64,000 nt of DNA from a virus: the IMG/VR virus record IMGVR_UViG_3300042691_013169, positions 7,476 to 71,475 of that record; one strand, 5' to 3'. The notes below the pieces were generated by a model. It did no database searches. It saw only the letters and a program-made list of their open reading frames with translations, and had not been told where the DNA came from. This document shows positions 37,249 to 48,041 of the stretch, one piece after another. Within the stretch, counting starts at the first letter, position 1; each line of letters begins with the position of its first letter. A program made the translations under genes and the position numbers.

Positions 37249-39149
37249 TGGTTGCAATATCTACAAACGCTAAAAATGTACTAGAACAAAATACAACTAT
37301 TAGTACAAGGATTGGCTGTACTCTAGAATACAACATGAATCAATTAGTAGATAATATTACTATTACTGGAAACGAATACACAGCCCCAGACGGTACAAAG
37401 CCTTTTAAAAAATTATTTCCAGTAGACTCTGTTGTAAAACCTTTTAGGCCAAATGGAGCAGGAATTAAATATGCAATCACTGGGGATGTTGCGTCTGGCT
37501 CTTATAGAGATCCAAAATCAACTACCTACGATATAGATTATAGAACTTACTACCCAGGACCAGATACATATTATAAGTATTTTATAAGCCCAAAGAGCTC
37601 AGGCGTAGATATTTCTATGACATATCCTAAAACTATTTATACAAATAAAATAGTTATTAGGTTTGAGATATCTCATGCTATACCTCCAACATGGATTGTG
37701 AGCGCTAGCGGTTCTCAGATAGCAACAGGAACAGACACATCAATTGTTGCTTTTAAAACTGGTTCTACAAAAAATTATAATGCTGGAACTTTAGCTCTTT
37801 ATTATAATGGAACATCATGGTCAACAACTAAGCCTTCAGCTATCGCAGCGCCAGTATCAATTTCTTCATTAAGGTTACAAACTGGATCAGTGGCTAATAA
37901 ATTTATAGGAGTTATTGAGATGTCTCCAAGATGGGAAGTTGATATCTCAGATAGAATTGTTAATTTTGAAATATCAAAGGAAGCTTCTACTTCTGTTAGT
38001 GACCTACTGCCAATCGGAAATGTTTCTGCCAACTCATTATCTATGAGCTTGGTTTCATATGAAGAGCCAAGAATAATCAAAACATATGACAAATCTTCTA
38101 CAATAAGCACTTCAAATTTATACCTATACAAAAAGGTTTTGGTAAATCCATTTATTAAATTATATTATTCAGGTGCACCAAGTACAGATTCTTATGGTGC
38201 ACATGAAGTTATTCCTCAAGGACAATTCTTAATAGATTCATGGTCGATATCAGAATTTGGAGATGTTTCTTTAAGAGCCCTAGACTCTGCAAAAATTTTA
38301 CAAGAGACTCTGTGCCCAGGAATATTTTGCGAAGGATATTCTGTGCAGGCTATTATTAGAAGACTGCTTGATAACGTAGGTTTTACTAACTATAATTTTA
38401 ATTCAAATACAACAGAAACAACCCCGCTAGTTCCAAGATTTTGGTGGGCAGAAGATTCTAAAACAGTATGGAGTGCAATTCAAGATCTATGCAGAGACGC
38501 ACAGATAACTGCTGTTGTAGATGAAAATAATATTCTTCAGTTCTATACCAGAGACTATATGTTTAATTCTTCTAGAACAGAAAATTGGCAGATGAGATCA
38601 GAGCTTAGTGGTTCTAATTTGCCAAACATTTTAAGTTTAGATAAAACAGATTTGCCATCTGCTAATCAAGTTAAAGTTTTATGGAACAGTGTAACAACTA
38701 GCATATACCCATCAGCAGAACAGTCACAATCAATATGGAGATCAGGTAAAAGCTTTATGGCTGCCCTGTCATTGGATAATGATTTAACAACTGCCAGCGG
38801 TGAGGGATCATATATAAATCTTTCTCCAGTGGAAACAAACGAATATAATTCACAAATACTTTATGAGTATTCTGGATATTTAGTTGTAAATTCTGAAATT
38901 ATAGAGTATGATGGTATAGAATATTTCTACTACGACACAAACAATGTTAAGCAATTACAGGTAATTCAGTCAGACGCAGATTATTTAAAGTATCAAGGGC
39001 TTGCTAAATCAGGAAGAGATAACTTTGGAAGAACTGGTAGATATAAAATTAAACAAAGAGGCGCATTTGGAACTGCAGTAGGAAATCATTATGCAGCAGC
39101 AACTTCAATTATTGCATCTTGGAACGGGTATCAGGTGACTTGGGTATGA
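37248..39149 (+). CDS. Baseplate hub-like minor tail protein, N-terminal part
   Basis: LPIG.V.AN, G.F..D.W, LLD.VGF.NY, TVW..IQ.L....Q.....DE...LQF motifs; synteny. Confidence 0.6.
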   Translation: MVAISTNAKNVLEQNTTISTRIGCTLEYNMNQLVDNITITGNEYTAPDGTKPFKKLFPVDSVVKPFRPNGAGIKYAITGDVASGSYRDPKSTTYDIDYRTYYPGPDTYYKYFISPKSSGVDISMTYPKTIYTNKIVIRFEISHAIPPTWIVSASGSQIATGTDTSIVAFKTGSTKNYNAGTLALYYNGTSWSTTKPSAIAAPVSISSLRLQTGSVANKFIGVIEMSPRWEVDISDRIVNFEISKEASTSVSDLLPIGNVSANSLSMSLVSYEEPRIIKTYDKSSTISTSNLYLYKKVLVNPFIKLYYSGAPSTDSYGAHEVIPQGQFLIDSWSISEFGDVSLRALDSAKILQETLCPGIFCEGYSVQAIIRRLLDNVGFTNYNFNSNTTETTPLVPRFWWAEDSKTVWSAIQDLCRDAQITAVVDENNILQFYTRDYMFNSSRTENWQMRSELSGSNLPNILSLDKTDLPSANQVKVLWNSVTTSIYPSAEQSQSIWRSGKSFMAALSLDNDLTTASGEGSYINLSPVETNEYNSQILYEYSGYLVVNSEIIEYDGIEYFYYDTNNVKQLQVIQSDADYLKYQGLAKSGRDNFGRTGRYKIKQRGAFGTAVGNHYAAATSIIASWNGYQVTWV

Positions 39150-40975
39150 GATACTATGAGTGGTACATGTTAGATGGAGAATCCTACAGTCCTCCAACAG
39201 CAGTTACTCCAGCACAATTAAAGATTCCATTTGTTTCTGTAAAGCCAATTTCTACAACATCTATAACAATAGAAATTTCTCCGCCTTCAGCAACTCCTGC
39301 AAGCTATGGCGGAAGCGGAACATCTCATTCTATCTTAGATCCAGATTTTATTGTAAACAGCACAAGCAATATAGTTACAATTAATAACCTTATTCCTGGT
39401 AAAAGATATGACTTAAGAATAAGAGCATATACTGGTGCAAATGCTACTGGGACATATGGAGATAATTATTATACTCAATTTACTATGCCCATAACTAGCC
39501 CAGTTACTGCAGTAGTGTCTACCTCAAGCGGAACGACAGTTCCAAATAATTCTGGAACCTCTGTAGATACAACTACATTGTCTGGCATCAAAGCTGCATC
39601 AAATGCTGGTCAAGCAGACGTAGATAGCACTACTTATGATGATACAACAGCACCTTCATCAGGCGTAACTCCTGCTCCTACTGGCACATCTACTGCAATA
39701 TCTGGAAACAGGCAAGTAAAAACATCTTTATTTTCAATATCAAATCAAAGTAAATCAAAAGACTATAACTCAGTTGCTATTAAAAATTTAGGAATAGCTA
39801 CATCTTCAGAATATTATTCTTTTGGAGCTGCAATGTTTTTTCAAAGCAATGTTTCAAAGACAGAGTCCTCAGGAGGCATAGGATTCTTTACAGACTCTGT
39901 TGGTAAAAACGGATATTATATATATTTAAAAACAACCAGCAGCCTAGTAAGCAATGATGAAAGAGAAGTGCAGATATTTAAGATTGCTGACGGCAATAAA
40001 ATAGTTTTAGCTGATAGTCAAAAAACAGGAGAAACTGGAGTAGGGTCTAAGCTTGGCGGAATTAAGGGCGGATCTAATTACAAAATAGACGTAAAGGTAA
40101 AGGCAACATCTTCTGTTGTAGTAATCGATGTTTATATTAACAACTTTAAGATTAGTGCAGTAGACACAACTGTTTCTGGAACTACAAAGTCTATACAAAA
40201 GATTATTCCTAGGAGTTCTAATTTTGCTGTATTCGCATCAAGCGGTACAATATTATTTGATTACATTTATGCTACACCTCTTTCAGAAGATCAATATACT
40301 AAAGGTGGGCTACAAAATGTTTATAACGGACAATTTGCCAAAACAACCCTAGACTTTTTATATGGAGAAAAGGTTTTAAGTAATTTTGACAAGGCTTCTG
40401 TTCCTGGCGGAGTTTTAGAAGAATTTGGCACAACGGCAAGAGAGTTGAGAAAGGTTTCCCTAAAGTATCCTCAGCGTCCTGGATATCCAACATATGCTTC
40501 TGTTTCAACAAATAAGTTTGTTAATATATTAGGAAGTAGGCTTACATCATTTGGAGCTGAAATTTATCTTTTAAATAATGCTGGAACTTACGTACCTCTA
40601 GATGATGGAGGCTTTCATTCGTTTTATGTTAATGGAAACTACGTTGTTCCAACTGGCCAACACGAATACACAGAAACCCTGTCTAATGAAAATAGCGATG
40701 TTGAGCCAGTAGTATTTGAATCTGCTTGGATACAAACAGAGCCAGATGCTAAAAGATTGGCTGGGTGGATTAAAGGACAGTGGTCAAAACAGCAGCAGGT
40801 AATTTCTGCTTCTATATTTTCAAATCCAGCTATTTCTGTTGGAGACATAGTAACCTTCTCGTATCCAGAAAATGATTTAACTTCTTCTACTAAATTTGTT
40901 GTTCAATCGGTATCTCAATCTTATGATCAGGGAGGACTACAGACCAGTATTGTAGCTAGATCTCTTAATAGTTGA
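39146..40975 (+). CDS. Minor tail protein (FN3 + lectin-like region + hub-type C-terminus)
   Basis: ATGA overlap with the previous stop. NL.PG..Y...IRAY FN3 motif. EEFGT..RE and WIQT...A..L..WI...NPA..VGDIV C-terminus. Confidence 0.6.
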   Translation: MRYYEWYMLDGESYSPPTAVTPAQLKIPFVSVKPISTTSITIEISPPSATPASYGGSGTSHSILDPDFIVNSTSNIVTINNLIPGKRYDLRIRAYTGANATGTYGDNYYTQFTMPITSPVTAVVSTSSGTTVPNNSGTSVDTTTLSGIKAASNAGQADVDSTTYDDTTAPSSGVTPAPTGTSTAISGNRQVKTSLFSISNQSKSKDYNSVAIKNLGIATSSEYYSFGAAMFFQSNVSKTESSGGIGFFTDSVGKNGYYIYLKTTSSLVSNDEREVQIFKIADGNKIVLADSQKTGETGVGSKLGGIKGGSNYKIDVKVKATSSVVVIDVYINNFKISAVDTTVSGTTKSIQKIIPRSSNFAVFASSGTILFDYIYATPLSEDQYTKGGLQNVYNGQFAKTTLDFLYGEKVLSNFDKASVPGGVLEEFGTTARELRKVSLKYPQRPGYPTYASVSTNKFVNILGSRLTSFGAEIYLLNNAGTYVPLDDGGFHSFYVNGNYVVPTGQHEYTETLSNENSDVEPVVFESAWIQTEPDAKRLAGWIKGQWSKQQQVISASIFSNPAISVGDIVTFSYPENDLTSSTKFVVQSVSQSYDQGGLQTSIVARSLNS

Positions 40976-40979
40976 CAAA

Positions 40980-40988
40980 TGGTATAAT
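40980..40988 (+). promoter_or_regulatory. Extended -10 promoter TGGTATAAT, probably leaderless
   Basis: ATG 40995 lies 6 nt after TATAAT. Confidence 0.6.
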
Positions 40989-40994
40989 GGAAAA

Positions 40995-41402
40995 ATGGCT
41001 AGTTCAATAAATAAATCTACTACGGGAATCGCTTCAGATGCCCCCATATCTGTTTATGCTGGCTCAAAAGAAAATGCAGACTTGCTTGCATCCCAGAAAA
41101 AAGTTTTCCCAGGAAATGTTGTTGGTGCAGTATATGCAGCATCAACAGAATTAGGTTCTGACGAAATTGATTTTGAGGAAGATCTTGTAGGAGACGATTT
41201 TGCTACAACTGAGACCAGTTCTAATGAGGCAGCTGCTACAATATTAGGAAGCATATCTCCTTATATATCTGATATATCCGTGATAAGCAATGAGGTAGTT
41301 TATGATGCTGCTGGAAACCCAAGTGTTACGGTTGTATTAAAGGTTAAAAATTCTAGTGGACAAACTTTGAAAGGTATAAATGCAAGGGTGCAAGCACTAT
41401 GA
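40995..41402 (+). CDS. Hypothetical tail-region protein
   Basis: ORF coupled to the next gene; acidic, low-complexity middle. Confidence 0.5.
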   Translation: MASSINKSTTGIASDAPISVYAGSKENADLLASQKKVFPGNVVGAVYAASTELGSDEIDFEEDLVGDDFATTETSSNEAAATILGSISPYISDISVISNEVVYDAAGNPSVTVVLKVKNSSGQTLKGINARVQAL

Positions 41403-42316
41403 TAACTAAATTTGGTAAAAGATTTATAGCAAATTATCTTGCAGGCAATATTTTATTTACTCAAAAAGATATTGCTTTAGGTATAGGTAAAACTGCTGTC
41501 AACGCAAAAGGAAATGATACAAGATTAGAATTTGAGTTTTATAGACTCCCAGCCACTCTAGGAAGTATTGATATCTCTCAAACTGGAACAGATGTAGATG
41601 GAGATCCAATTTTTTCATATGTAGTGATATACAAAGCTACAATACCTCAAGATGTTTCTGGTGTAATATCTGAAATTGGATTGTACCCATCTACTAGGTC
41701 ATCAACAAATAATTATGACAGTAAATTTTTAACATCATTTGAAAACAACCTTTCTTGGCTAGATGCCCTGGAAGGAAACCCAGCATTAAAACTAAACGAC
41801 CCAGCAACCTCATTTTATGCCAAGATTGGCGAGAACATGGTTCAGTATACAGTCCCAGCAAACACGGCAAAAGAATATAAAAATACTATTCTAAGTTTTG
41901 ATTTATCTGGATATAGCGCAAACGATAGCCTTTCTATCGCATATAAAAAAGTAGACAATAATACTTCAAAAATAAGAGTAAAGCTATATAGCTCTGATAC
42001 ATCTTATTACTATGCTGACTTTACTCCATCTGGATCAAACGAAGATAAGATTCAGCCAGTTAGTATGAACACAGTATTTACAAACTCTGTAAACTCACCA
42101 GATGCAACAAATATTACAAAGGTTGGTCTTGAGGTTACAGCAGGATCTGGCGGAACAACTAATGTGTATTTTGATGGCTTACGTATCAATGACGAAGACA
42201 CCTTTGATCCAGCGTATGGATTAATTAGTAGGTCTGTATTTTCTTCTGGAAACGAACTTGTAAAGCCTTCAGGTAGAGCAGTAGATATAGAGTACAAGCT
42301 GCAGTTAGGATTCTAA
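41399..42316 (+). CDS. Minor tail/baseplate protein (putative)
   Basis: MIT..GK..I..YLAG, L.FEFYR.P, I.EIGLYP, K......IEY.L pattern of fibre-anchoring proteins. Confidence 0.55.
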   Translation: MITKFGKRFIANYLAGNILFTQKDIALGIGKTAVNAKGNDTRLEFEFYRLPATLGSIDISQTGTDVDGDPIFSYVVIYKATIPQDVSGVISEIGLYPSTRSSTNNYDSKFLTSFENNLSWLDALEGNPALKLNDPATSFYAKIGENMVQYTVPANTAKEYKNTILSFDLSGYSANDSLSIAYKKVDNNTSKIRVKLYSSDTSYYYADFTPSGSNEDKIQPVSMNTVFTNSVNSPDATNITKVGLEVTAGSGGTTNVYFDGLRINDEDTFDPAYGLISRSVFSSGNELVKPSGRAVDIEYKLQLGF

Positions 42317-44227
42317 ATGTCTGAAATCAATACTCTGGATAGTAAGAAGATTATTCCAAAAGACCTTGAAATAAAGGCACAGCCAGATATTGATAAAAAC
42401 TTTTTTAGAATCACAATATCAAATTTAAAATTAAATAAAACTTATGCGGCACAAGTACAATATGTTTTTCAAGACGGAGAAGTCAGTGAGTGGTCTCCAA
42501 CATATCTTATTATAACAAATAACGAGCTTACTCCAGACGCACCAACTTCTATCACAGTTCCATCAACAGGCCAAGGGTATATACCAGTAGAGCTTGCTAC
42601 ATTTCCTGCAAATGCTAAAAGAGTAGATGTATATGTTATTGGTGGATCATATGGAACTGGTAAGATAGCAAATACATTTTTTAAAGCTGGAAAGATTCTT
42701 ATTCCTGCAGATGCAGGAACCTACCAGGTACAATTAATTACAGTAACTCCAACCAATGTAACAAGTTCTTCAAGCCAAACATTTACAATTACTGTTTCTG
42801 GAATTGCTGGGGAATCTGTACAAAATCCAACTAATCCAAACGGATTTAGCACAAAAAGAATATTAGCAGGAATTGAATTAACATGGGCTGGAACATACGC
42901 TAATGGAACATTTACTGGATTTGAAGCAATTAATGTTTATGCAGGAAATTCAGCTACAGCAACAGCTGGAACATATGAGCAGGTTGGCGTATTAACTGGC
43001 AACAATGTTAAAAATACAATTGTTATCCCTTTAGGAAATTATGTTGTCTATGGTCAACCAGTTTATATACATGCTGCAGCAGTTAATAAAAATGGAACAG
43101 TTGGTACAATTCAGGCAAATGTCGCTAATGTTTTGCTTGGCCCAGGAAAAGCAACAGACGCAGACATCAATGATGGAGCAGTAGTTATATCAAAATTAGC
43201 TTCTGATGTTTTAACTGTAGGTAATCTTAAAGCTGGCGATATAAATGCAACATCATATATTCGTGCAGGAACTGCTGCATCTGCAAGAGTAGAAATAGCA
43301 TCTTCTACCGTAGGCTCAGTGCTTCCAGGGCTAACAGTTTATAATTCTTCTAACCAACAAATACTTAGAGCTCCATTAACTGGTGGCTTAACAATAACTG
43401 GATCTGGTACATTTACTGGAGATTTATATGCAAGCAATGGAAACTTTTCTGTAGTAAGTGGATCTGTTACAGCCCTTGCTGGAAATATTGGAAACTGGGT
43501 TATTAACTCTGGTAGGTTTGCTAGCTCAGCAGACACTTTTCCAAAAGTAGAATTAGACCCGTCTCCAACAGGAACAAATCCTCAAATCGTTCTTAGATCA
43601 AATGCTGGGTCAACCGAATCTGGAAACGTAATTAAGTTAAACACAACAGATGGCTTTAGAGTAGGTGCTTATAATGCTCCAAACTTCACAGTTGCAATGG
43701 ATGGAACCATGACAGCTAACTCAGCAACAATTACTGGAAAAATTATAACATCTGGTACAGCAGCATATACTGGTACTTTAACAATTGATGGAGGATTTAT
43801 TGATCATACATCAGGACTTTATATTGAAGCTCCAAACCTTATATATGCTTCTTCTCTTGGAGATTCTTCATACGGAGGATATTTGCAGTTATCTTCAACT
43901 GGACAAGCTTGGATTGGTCACTCTGGAACATACACAACACTGCTTGGAAGTTCTGAAAATTCATTAAACTTTACTATTAACAGAACCGCACCAGGAGACG
44001 GATATAGAGATAGAGGCTATAATCTTTTTAATATAGATGCTAATGAGTTTAGAGCACCTTCATTAAACAATCAGTACACAGGGTACAGAACTATTGTAAC
44101 TGGTATTTTTGGACAGCTATATAACGGAAGAGCATTTTTTTATGGGCCAAGAGGCACATCAGCAGCAATACATACTGATTTAGGTTCTAATGCTGCTGTC
44201 GGAGACGTTTATTTTGGAACAACGTAA
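42317..44227 (+). CDS. Tail fibre/central-fibre-like protein with FN3/Ig-like domains
   Basis: Beta-rich. P.AP and P..P.G FN3 starts; G.IG.W.I and F.V..DG.MTA fibre motifs. Confidence 0.6.
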   Translation: MSEINTLDSKKIIPKDLEIKAQPDIDKNFFRITISNLKLNKTYAAQVQYVFQDGEVSEWSPTYLIITNNELTPDAPTSITVPSTGQGYIPVELATFPANAKRVDVYVIGGSYGTGKIANTFFKAGKILIPADAGTYQVQLITVTPTNVTSSSSQTFTITVSGIAGESVQNPTNPNGFSTKRILAGIELTWAGTYANGTFTGFEAINVYAGNSATATAGTYEQVGVLTGNNVKNTIVIPLGNYVVYGQPVYIHAAAVNKNGTVGTIQANVANVLLGPGKATDADINDGAVVISKLASDVLTVGNLKAGDINATSYIRAGTAASARVEIASSTVGSVLPGLTVYNSSNQQILRAPLTGGLTITGSGTFTGDLYASNGNFSVVSGSVTALAGNIGNWVINSGRFASSADTFPKVELDPSPTGTNPQIVLRSNAGSTESGNVIKLNTTDGFRVGAYNAPNFTVAMDGTMTANSATITGKIITSGTAAYTGTLTIDGGFIDHTSGLYIEAPNLIYASSLGDSSYGGYLQLSSTGQAWIGHSGTYTTLLGSSENSLNFTINRTAPGDGYRDRGYNLFNIDANEFRAPSLNNQYTGYRTIVTGIFGQLYNGRAFFYGPRGTSAAIHTDLGSNAAVGDVYFGTT

Positions 44228-44229
44228 TC

Positions 44230-47200
44230 ATGAGTATTTGGGTAAAAACAGCAGCTTCAGTATGGACTGAAATACAATCTATATATACAAAGGTTGCCTC
44301 AGCTAGTTGGGCAGAAAACTTATCTGTTTGGGTTAAAACTGCATCATCAACATGGACTCAAGTATTTAATAGAATTAATATACCATCAATTTCTACTACC
44401 CCAAAAGTTCGAGATATTAATGGTAACAATATTGACAACGACCTTTATATAAGTAACATTGGAGATACTCTAGTAGGCTTTAGAGGAACATGGAATGGTT
44501 CTCCAACATCCTATGAGTTTAGATGGATGTACTCTACAATTGAAGGAGGAACTTTAACTGCCTTCTCACCAGCACAGGCTGGCACATTTTCTGGAACTAC
44601 AACAAATTTAGTAACGGTTCAAGCCTGGGATGATAGGTATGTTTATTTACAAGTAAGAGCTACAAACGCCCTAGGTACTTCAGACTGGGTTACAAGTAGT
44701 AACTTTGCACATATTGTTAAATATGCTCCATTTATCTATGATGCTAAAATATTTAGAAACGCAATAGAATTAAGTGGAACGTCAGCCGCAGTTTCTACTG
44801 GACAAACACTAACTGGTACATACCAAGAGATAACAACTGCAGATCAAGTTTCCGATACTTATTTGTACGAGTGGTTTCATAATACAAGCACTACGCCCAT
44901 TTCAAGTTCAGGAATATCAACAACATATCTTACACAGCTATCTGATGTGGGTAAAAGTATTTACTTTAAAGTTACTGGATCAAATACGGGCGGAGAATCA
45001 AGCTCAACAAGCTTAGCGACATCAGAAATAACAGAGGGATATCCAGGATATTCATTTAATTTTGGAAATACTTTATATGTTGGAACAAATGGATATATCG
45101 GATTAACTTCAGGCAGCACATCAACATCTTTACCTTCTACTGGAACAGTGATTGCAATTCAGGTAGGAGATTTTGTAGTATCAGATATAAGGAGATGGTC
45201 TTCATCTTCTACATATGGAGTAACTGTAGACTCTTATAGGTTTGGATATTCTGGACAAGCAGCATATAGATTAAAATACCAAGCAGTATTTTATCCTGGA
45301 GAAGCATTTATGGATTATCGCATTGCTGCTTTTGGCTCTAGCCTAACAACGATGGGATTTTTTGGAATATATTATAATGGAGCTTTAGTTCAGTCTGCAT
45401 ATCCTGGACCTTTTGTTTATGGAGTTGGAACTACAATTAGAGTCTATTATGATGGATCAGCACCCGCAGCTTATGTTGCTCTTAACGAGGTACCACCAGA
45501 CGCTGCAATGATTCAAATTACATCTCCAACAGTTGGATCAACAGATGATGGATACTACACAATAACTACTGCAGCTAATCAATATGCTATTCCTTTTAAC
45601 ACACTTGGAACTGCATCAACAACATCAGCTGGAATATCTGCGCTGTCCACAGCATCAGGAAATGATTTTTCTTATCAAGAGTATGTTGTTAGAACTGGAT
45701 CACATTTTGGAACAGTGTTTTCTACTGGTACAATAAATGGAAGCACACTTATTGTTAATGATTTAAATCCAGGAGTAACATACTATGTAACTGTAACACC
45801 ATATAATACCCTAGGCCAATCTGGAACAGCATATCAGTTTAGTGCTCAAACTGTTGCTAGCGCAGGAGCTTTTAATATTACATTGGTTACAAAAACAAAA
45901 CCAGCATCAACAGGAGGACTTAGAACATTAACTGTAAACTGGTCACAATCGGCAAATGCAACAAAATATGAATTTGCTTTGCAGGGAAGTTCTGACGGAT
46001 CTACTGGATGGACAACTCTTACATTTGATGCAGGAGATGGATCTGGATCTAAAACCTGGACACTAGAAAATTCTCCATATTATGATTATGGAACTGGATC
46101 TAAAACATTTAACAATGTTACTTATTATCCATACTATAGAGTAACCATGAGAGCAAGACCTTCTGATCTTAATCTTGCTAATTCTGCATATTCAAACGGC
46201 GGAACATCAACCTCATTAGTTTATGTAAACGCAACAGGAGTTGCTCCAGGAAAACCAACACTAACAACTCCAACAGGAACTGATTTAACTGCAACTAGTG
46301 TAAATATAAACTATACATATCCATCGGATACTGGATCAAACTATATTGATTGGATTCAATTCTCAACCGATCAAGTTAGCTGGACAAATGATTTTGCCAG
46401 TCCATATACCCTTACAACAACAGCAAATACATCTTATACGGTTTATGCTAGATCTTTAAACTACGACGGACTTACCTCTGCAACTCCTCACAATTTTGTT
46501 ACATTTACAACACCACAAGCTCTTGCCGCTCCTACAAGCTTAACAGCAAGTACTACAAATTCTACTGGAATTAGTTTAACTTTTAGTGGTGGATTTGGAA
46601 ATAGCTATGAAGTATTCTATAGTAATTCAACGTCAGCAACAGATACAACTTCATATGTAAAGCCAACAGCTGCTACAAACGCTGACTTTAATGGAATTAC
46701 TTCTTCACCATTTAATACTGGATTAACTACTCGTGGAGTTCACAGAAGATTTTGGATTAGATCAAGAGTTACGCCAAACGCATCATTCTGGTTTCCAGAT
46801 GGAAATGGAACCGTAGGAGCTGGTGCTTATGGATATGCTCCACTATATGCACCTAGTACTGTTGGAAGTTTAACAAATTCTGCAACAACTAGCAGCTCTT
46901 TAAGCTTTTGGTGGAATGCTCCAACAACTTCTGCTACAGCAGATGCTGCAACATCTTATGATTATGTTATATCAACAAGCACAGCAACTCCTGCAAGCTG
47001 GCCAAACAATAGAACAACAGTTCCCACTTCTGGAGCTCCGCAGATCATGACTGGCTTATCTGCATCTACTACATATTACTTACACGTTAGAGCAAAAAAT
47101 GCAGATGCAACTGGAGCTTCCACATTTGTTTCTGGAACAACTTCAGCAGCTGCAGTAAAGCCAGGAACTCCATCTCCTTCTGCTACAAGAAGATACAATG

Positions 47201-47820
47201 ATATAACAGTAAGCTGGGGAGCAACTACAGCAACAACTTCATATAACCTACAAGTTTCTACATCTAATACTTTTGCAAGTCTAACTTTAAACGATACAGC
47301 CGCAACATCTCCAAGACAAGTCACATCACTCACAGCTGCAACAACATATTACTATAGAGTGCGAGCTTTTAACGCTGACTTTGGATATGGAGACTGGTCT
47401 GCTACTGGAAGCATTACTACAGGAACATTCCCATCATTTTCCCCAGCTACTGCAACAAACCCAACCTTTGATAGAAATAACTCTTTATCTAGACTTAGAT
47501 GGGGATGGAACAATCCTACTGTAAGCGGTGACTATACTTCCATATCATATGAATGGCAATTCTCTACTACTGCAAGCACAACTGGACTACTCGCATCAGC
47601 TACATCTAAGCTTTTTAGAACTTCTGGAGGCTTAACTGTAGGAGCTTCAACATTTAATAACAGAATTAGTACCCTTACTTCAGACTATGGAACAGGAAAT
47701 GCTGCAGGAACAAGCGAGCCTGTAACATTTAACACAGCCTCTCGATTTGTTAGATATAGGGCAAGAGTTGTTGGTATAGACGGAGCCACCTATACACAAA
47801 CTTATTCTGGGTGGGTATGA
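44230..47820 (+). CDS. Large Ser/Thr-rich FN3/Ig-like repeat protein (tail fibre/adhesin)
   Basis: Several L.PG.TYY.TV, GL.ASTTYY..VRA.N and L.AATTYYYRVRA.N FN3 motifs. GTWNGSPTSY..W Ig-like motif. Confidence 0.7.
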   Translation: MSIWVKTAASVWTEIQSIYTKVASASWAENLSVWVKTASSTWTQVFNRINIPSISTTPKVRDINGNNIDNDLYISNIGDTLVGFRGTWNGSPTSYEFRWMYSTIEGGTLTAFSPAQAGTFSGTTTNLVTVQAWDDRYVYLQVRATNALGTSDWVTSSNFAHIVKYAPFIYDAKIFRNAIELSGTSAAVSTGQTLTGTYQEITTADQVSDTYLYEWFHNTSTTPISSSGISTTYLTQLSDVGKSIYFKVTGSNTGGESSSTSLATSEITEGYPGYSFNFGNTLYVGTNGYIGLTSGSTSTSLPSTGTVIAIQVGDFVVSDIRRWSSSSTYGVTVDSYRFGYSGQAAYRLKYQAVFYPGEAFMDYRIAAFGSSLTTMGFFGIYYNGALVQSAYPGPFVYGVGTTIRVYYDGSAPAAYVALNEVPPDAAMIQITSPTVGSTDDGYYTITTAANQYAIPFNTLGTASTTSAGISALSTASGNDFSYQEYVVRTGSHFGTVFSTGTINGSTLIVNDLNPGVTYYVTVTPYNTLGQSGTAYQFSAQTVASAGAFNITLVTKTKPASTGGLRTLTVNWSQSANATKYEFALQGSSDGSTGWTTLTFDAGDGSGSKTWTLENSPYYDYGTGSKTFNNVTYYPYYRVTMRARPSDLNLANSAYSNGGTSTSLVYVNATGVAPGKPTLTTPTGTDLTATSVNINYTYPSDTGSNYIDWIQFSTDQVSWTNDFASPYTLTTTANTSYTVYARSLNYDGLTSATPHNFVTFTTPQALAAPTSLTASTTNSTGISLTFSGGFGNSYEVFYSNSTSATDTTSYVKPTAATNADFNGITSSPFNTGLTTRGVHRRFWIRSRVTPNASFWFPDGNGTVGAGAYGYAPLYAPSTVGSLTNSATTSSSLSFWWNAPTTSATADAATSYDYVISTSTATPASWPNNRTTVPTSGAPQIMTGLSASTTYYLHVRAKNADATGASTFVSGTTSAAAVKPGTPSPSATRRYNDITVSWGATTATTSYNLQVSTSNTFASLTLNDTAATSPRQVTSLTAATTYYYRVRAFNADFGYGDWSATGSITTGTFPSFSPATATNPTFDRNNSLSRLRWGWNNPTVSGDYTSISYEWQFSTTASTTGLLASATSKLFRTSGGLTVGASTFNNRISTLTSDYGTGNAAGTSEPVTFNTASRFVRYRARVVGIDGATYTQTYSGWV

Positions 47821-48008
47821 TGATTAATAAATTAATAATATTGCAAGATATATTAGATCAAATTAATAAAGATATATCTGGTCATGAGGAACAAATTGAA
47901 TATGGTAATTTGGATAAGTATGATCTGTTCGTAGTTGAGTCCAGAAGATCAGACCTTATTCTAAGAAAACAAGTAATAATAGATCAAATAAAGGTATTGT
48001 CAGAATAG
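47817..48008 (+). CDS. Small hypothetical protein
   Basis: ATGA overlap with the upstream stop; helical. Confidence 0.45.
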   Translation: MMINKLIILQDILDQINKDISGHEEQIEYGNLDKYDLFVVESRRSDLILRKQVIIDQIKVLSE

Positions 48009-48025
48009 TCTAACAATGCTATAAT
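47997..48025 (+). promoter_or_regulatory. Sigma70-type promoter
   Basis: TTGTCA, 17 bp, TATAAT with TG extension. Confidence 0.65.
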
Positions 48026-48041
48026 ACATAAAGGAGGCAAA

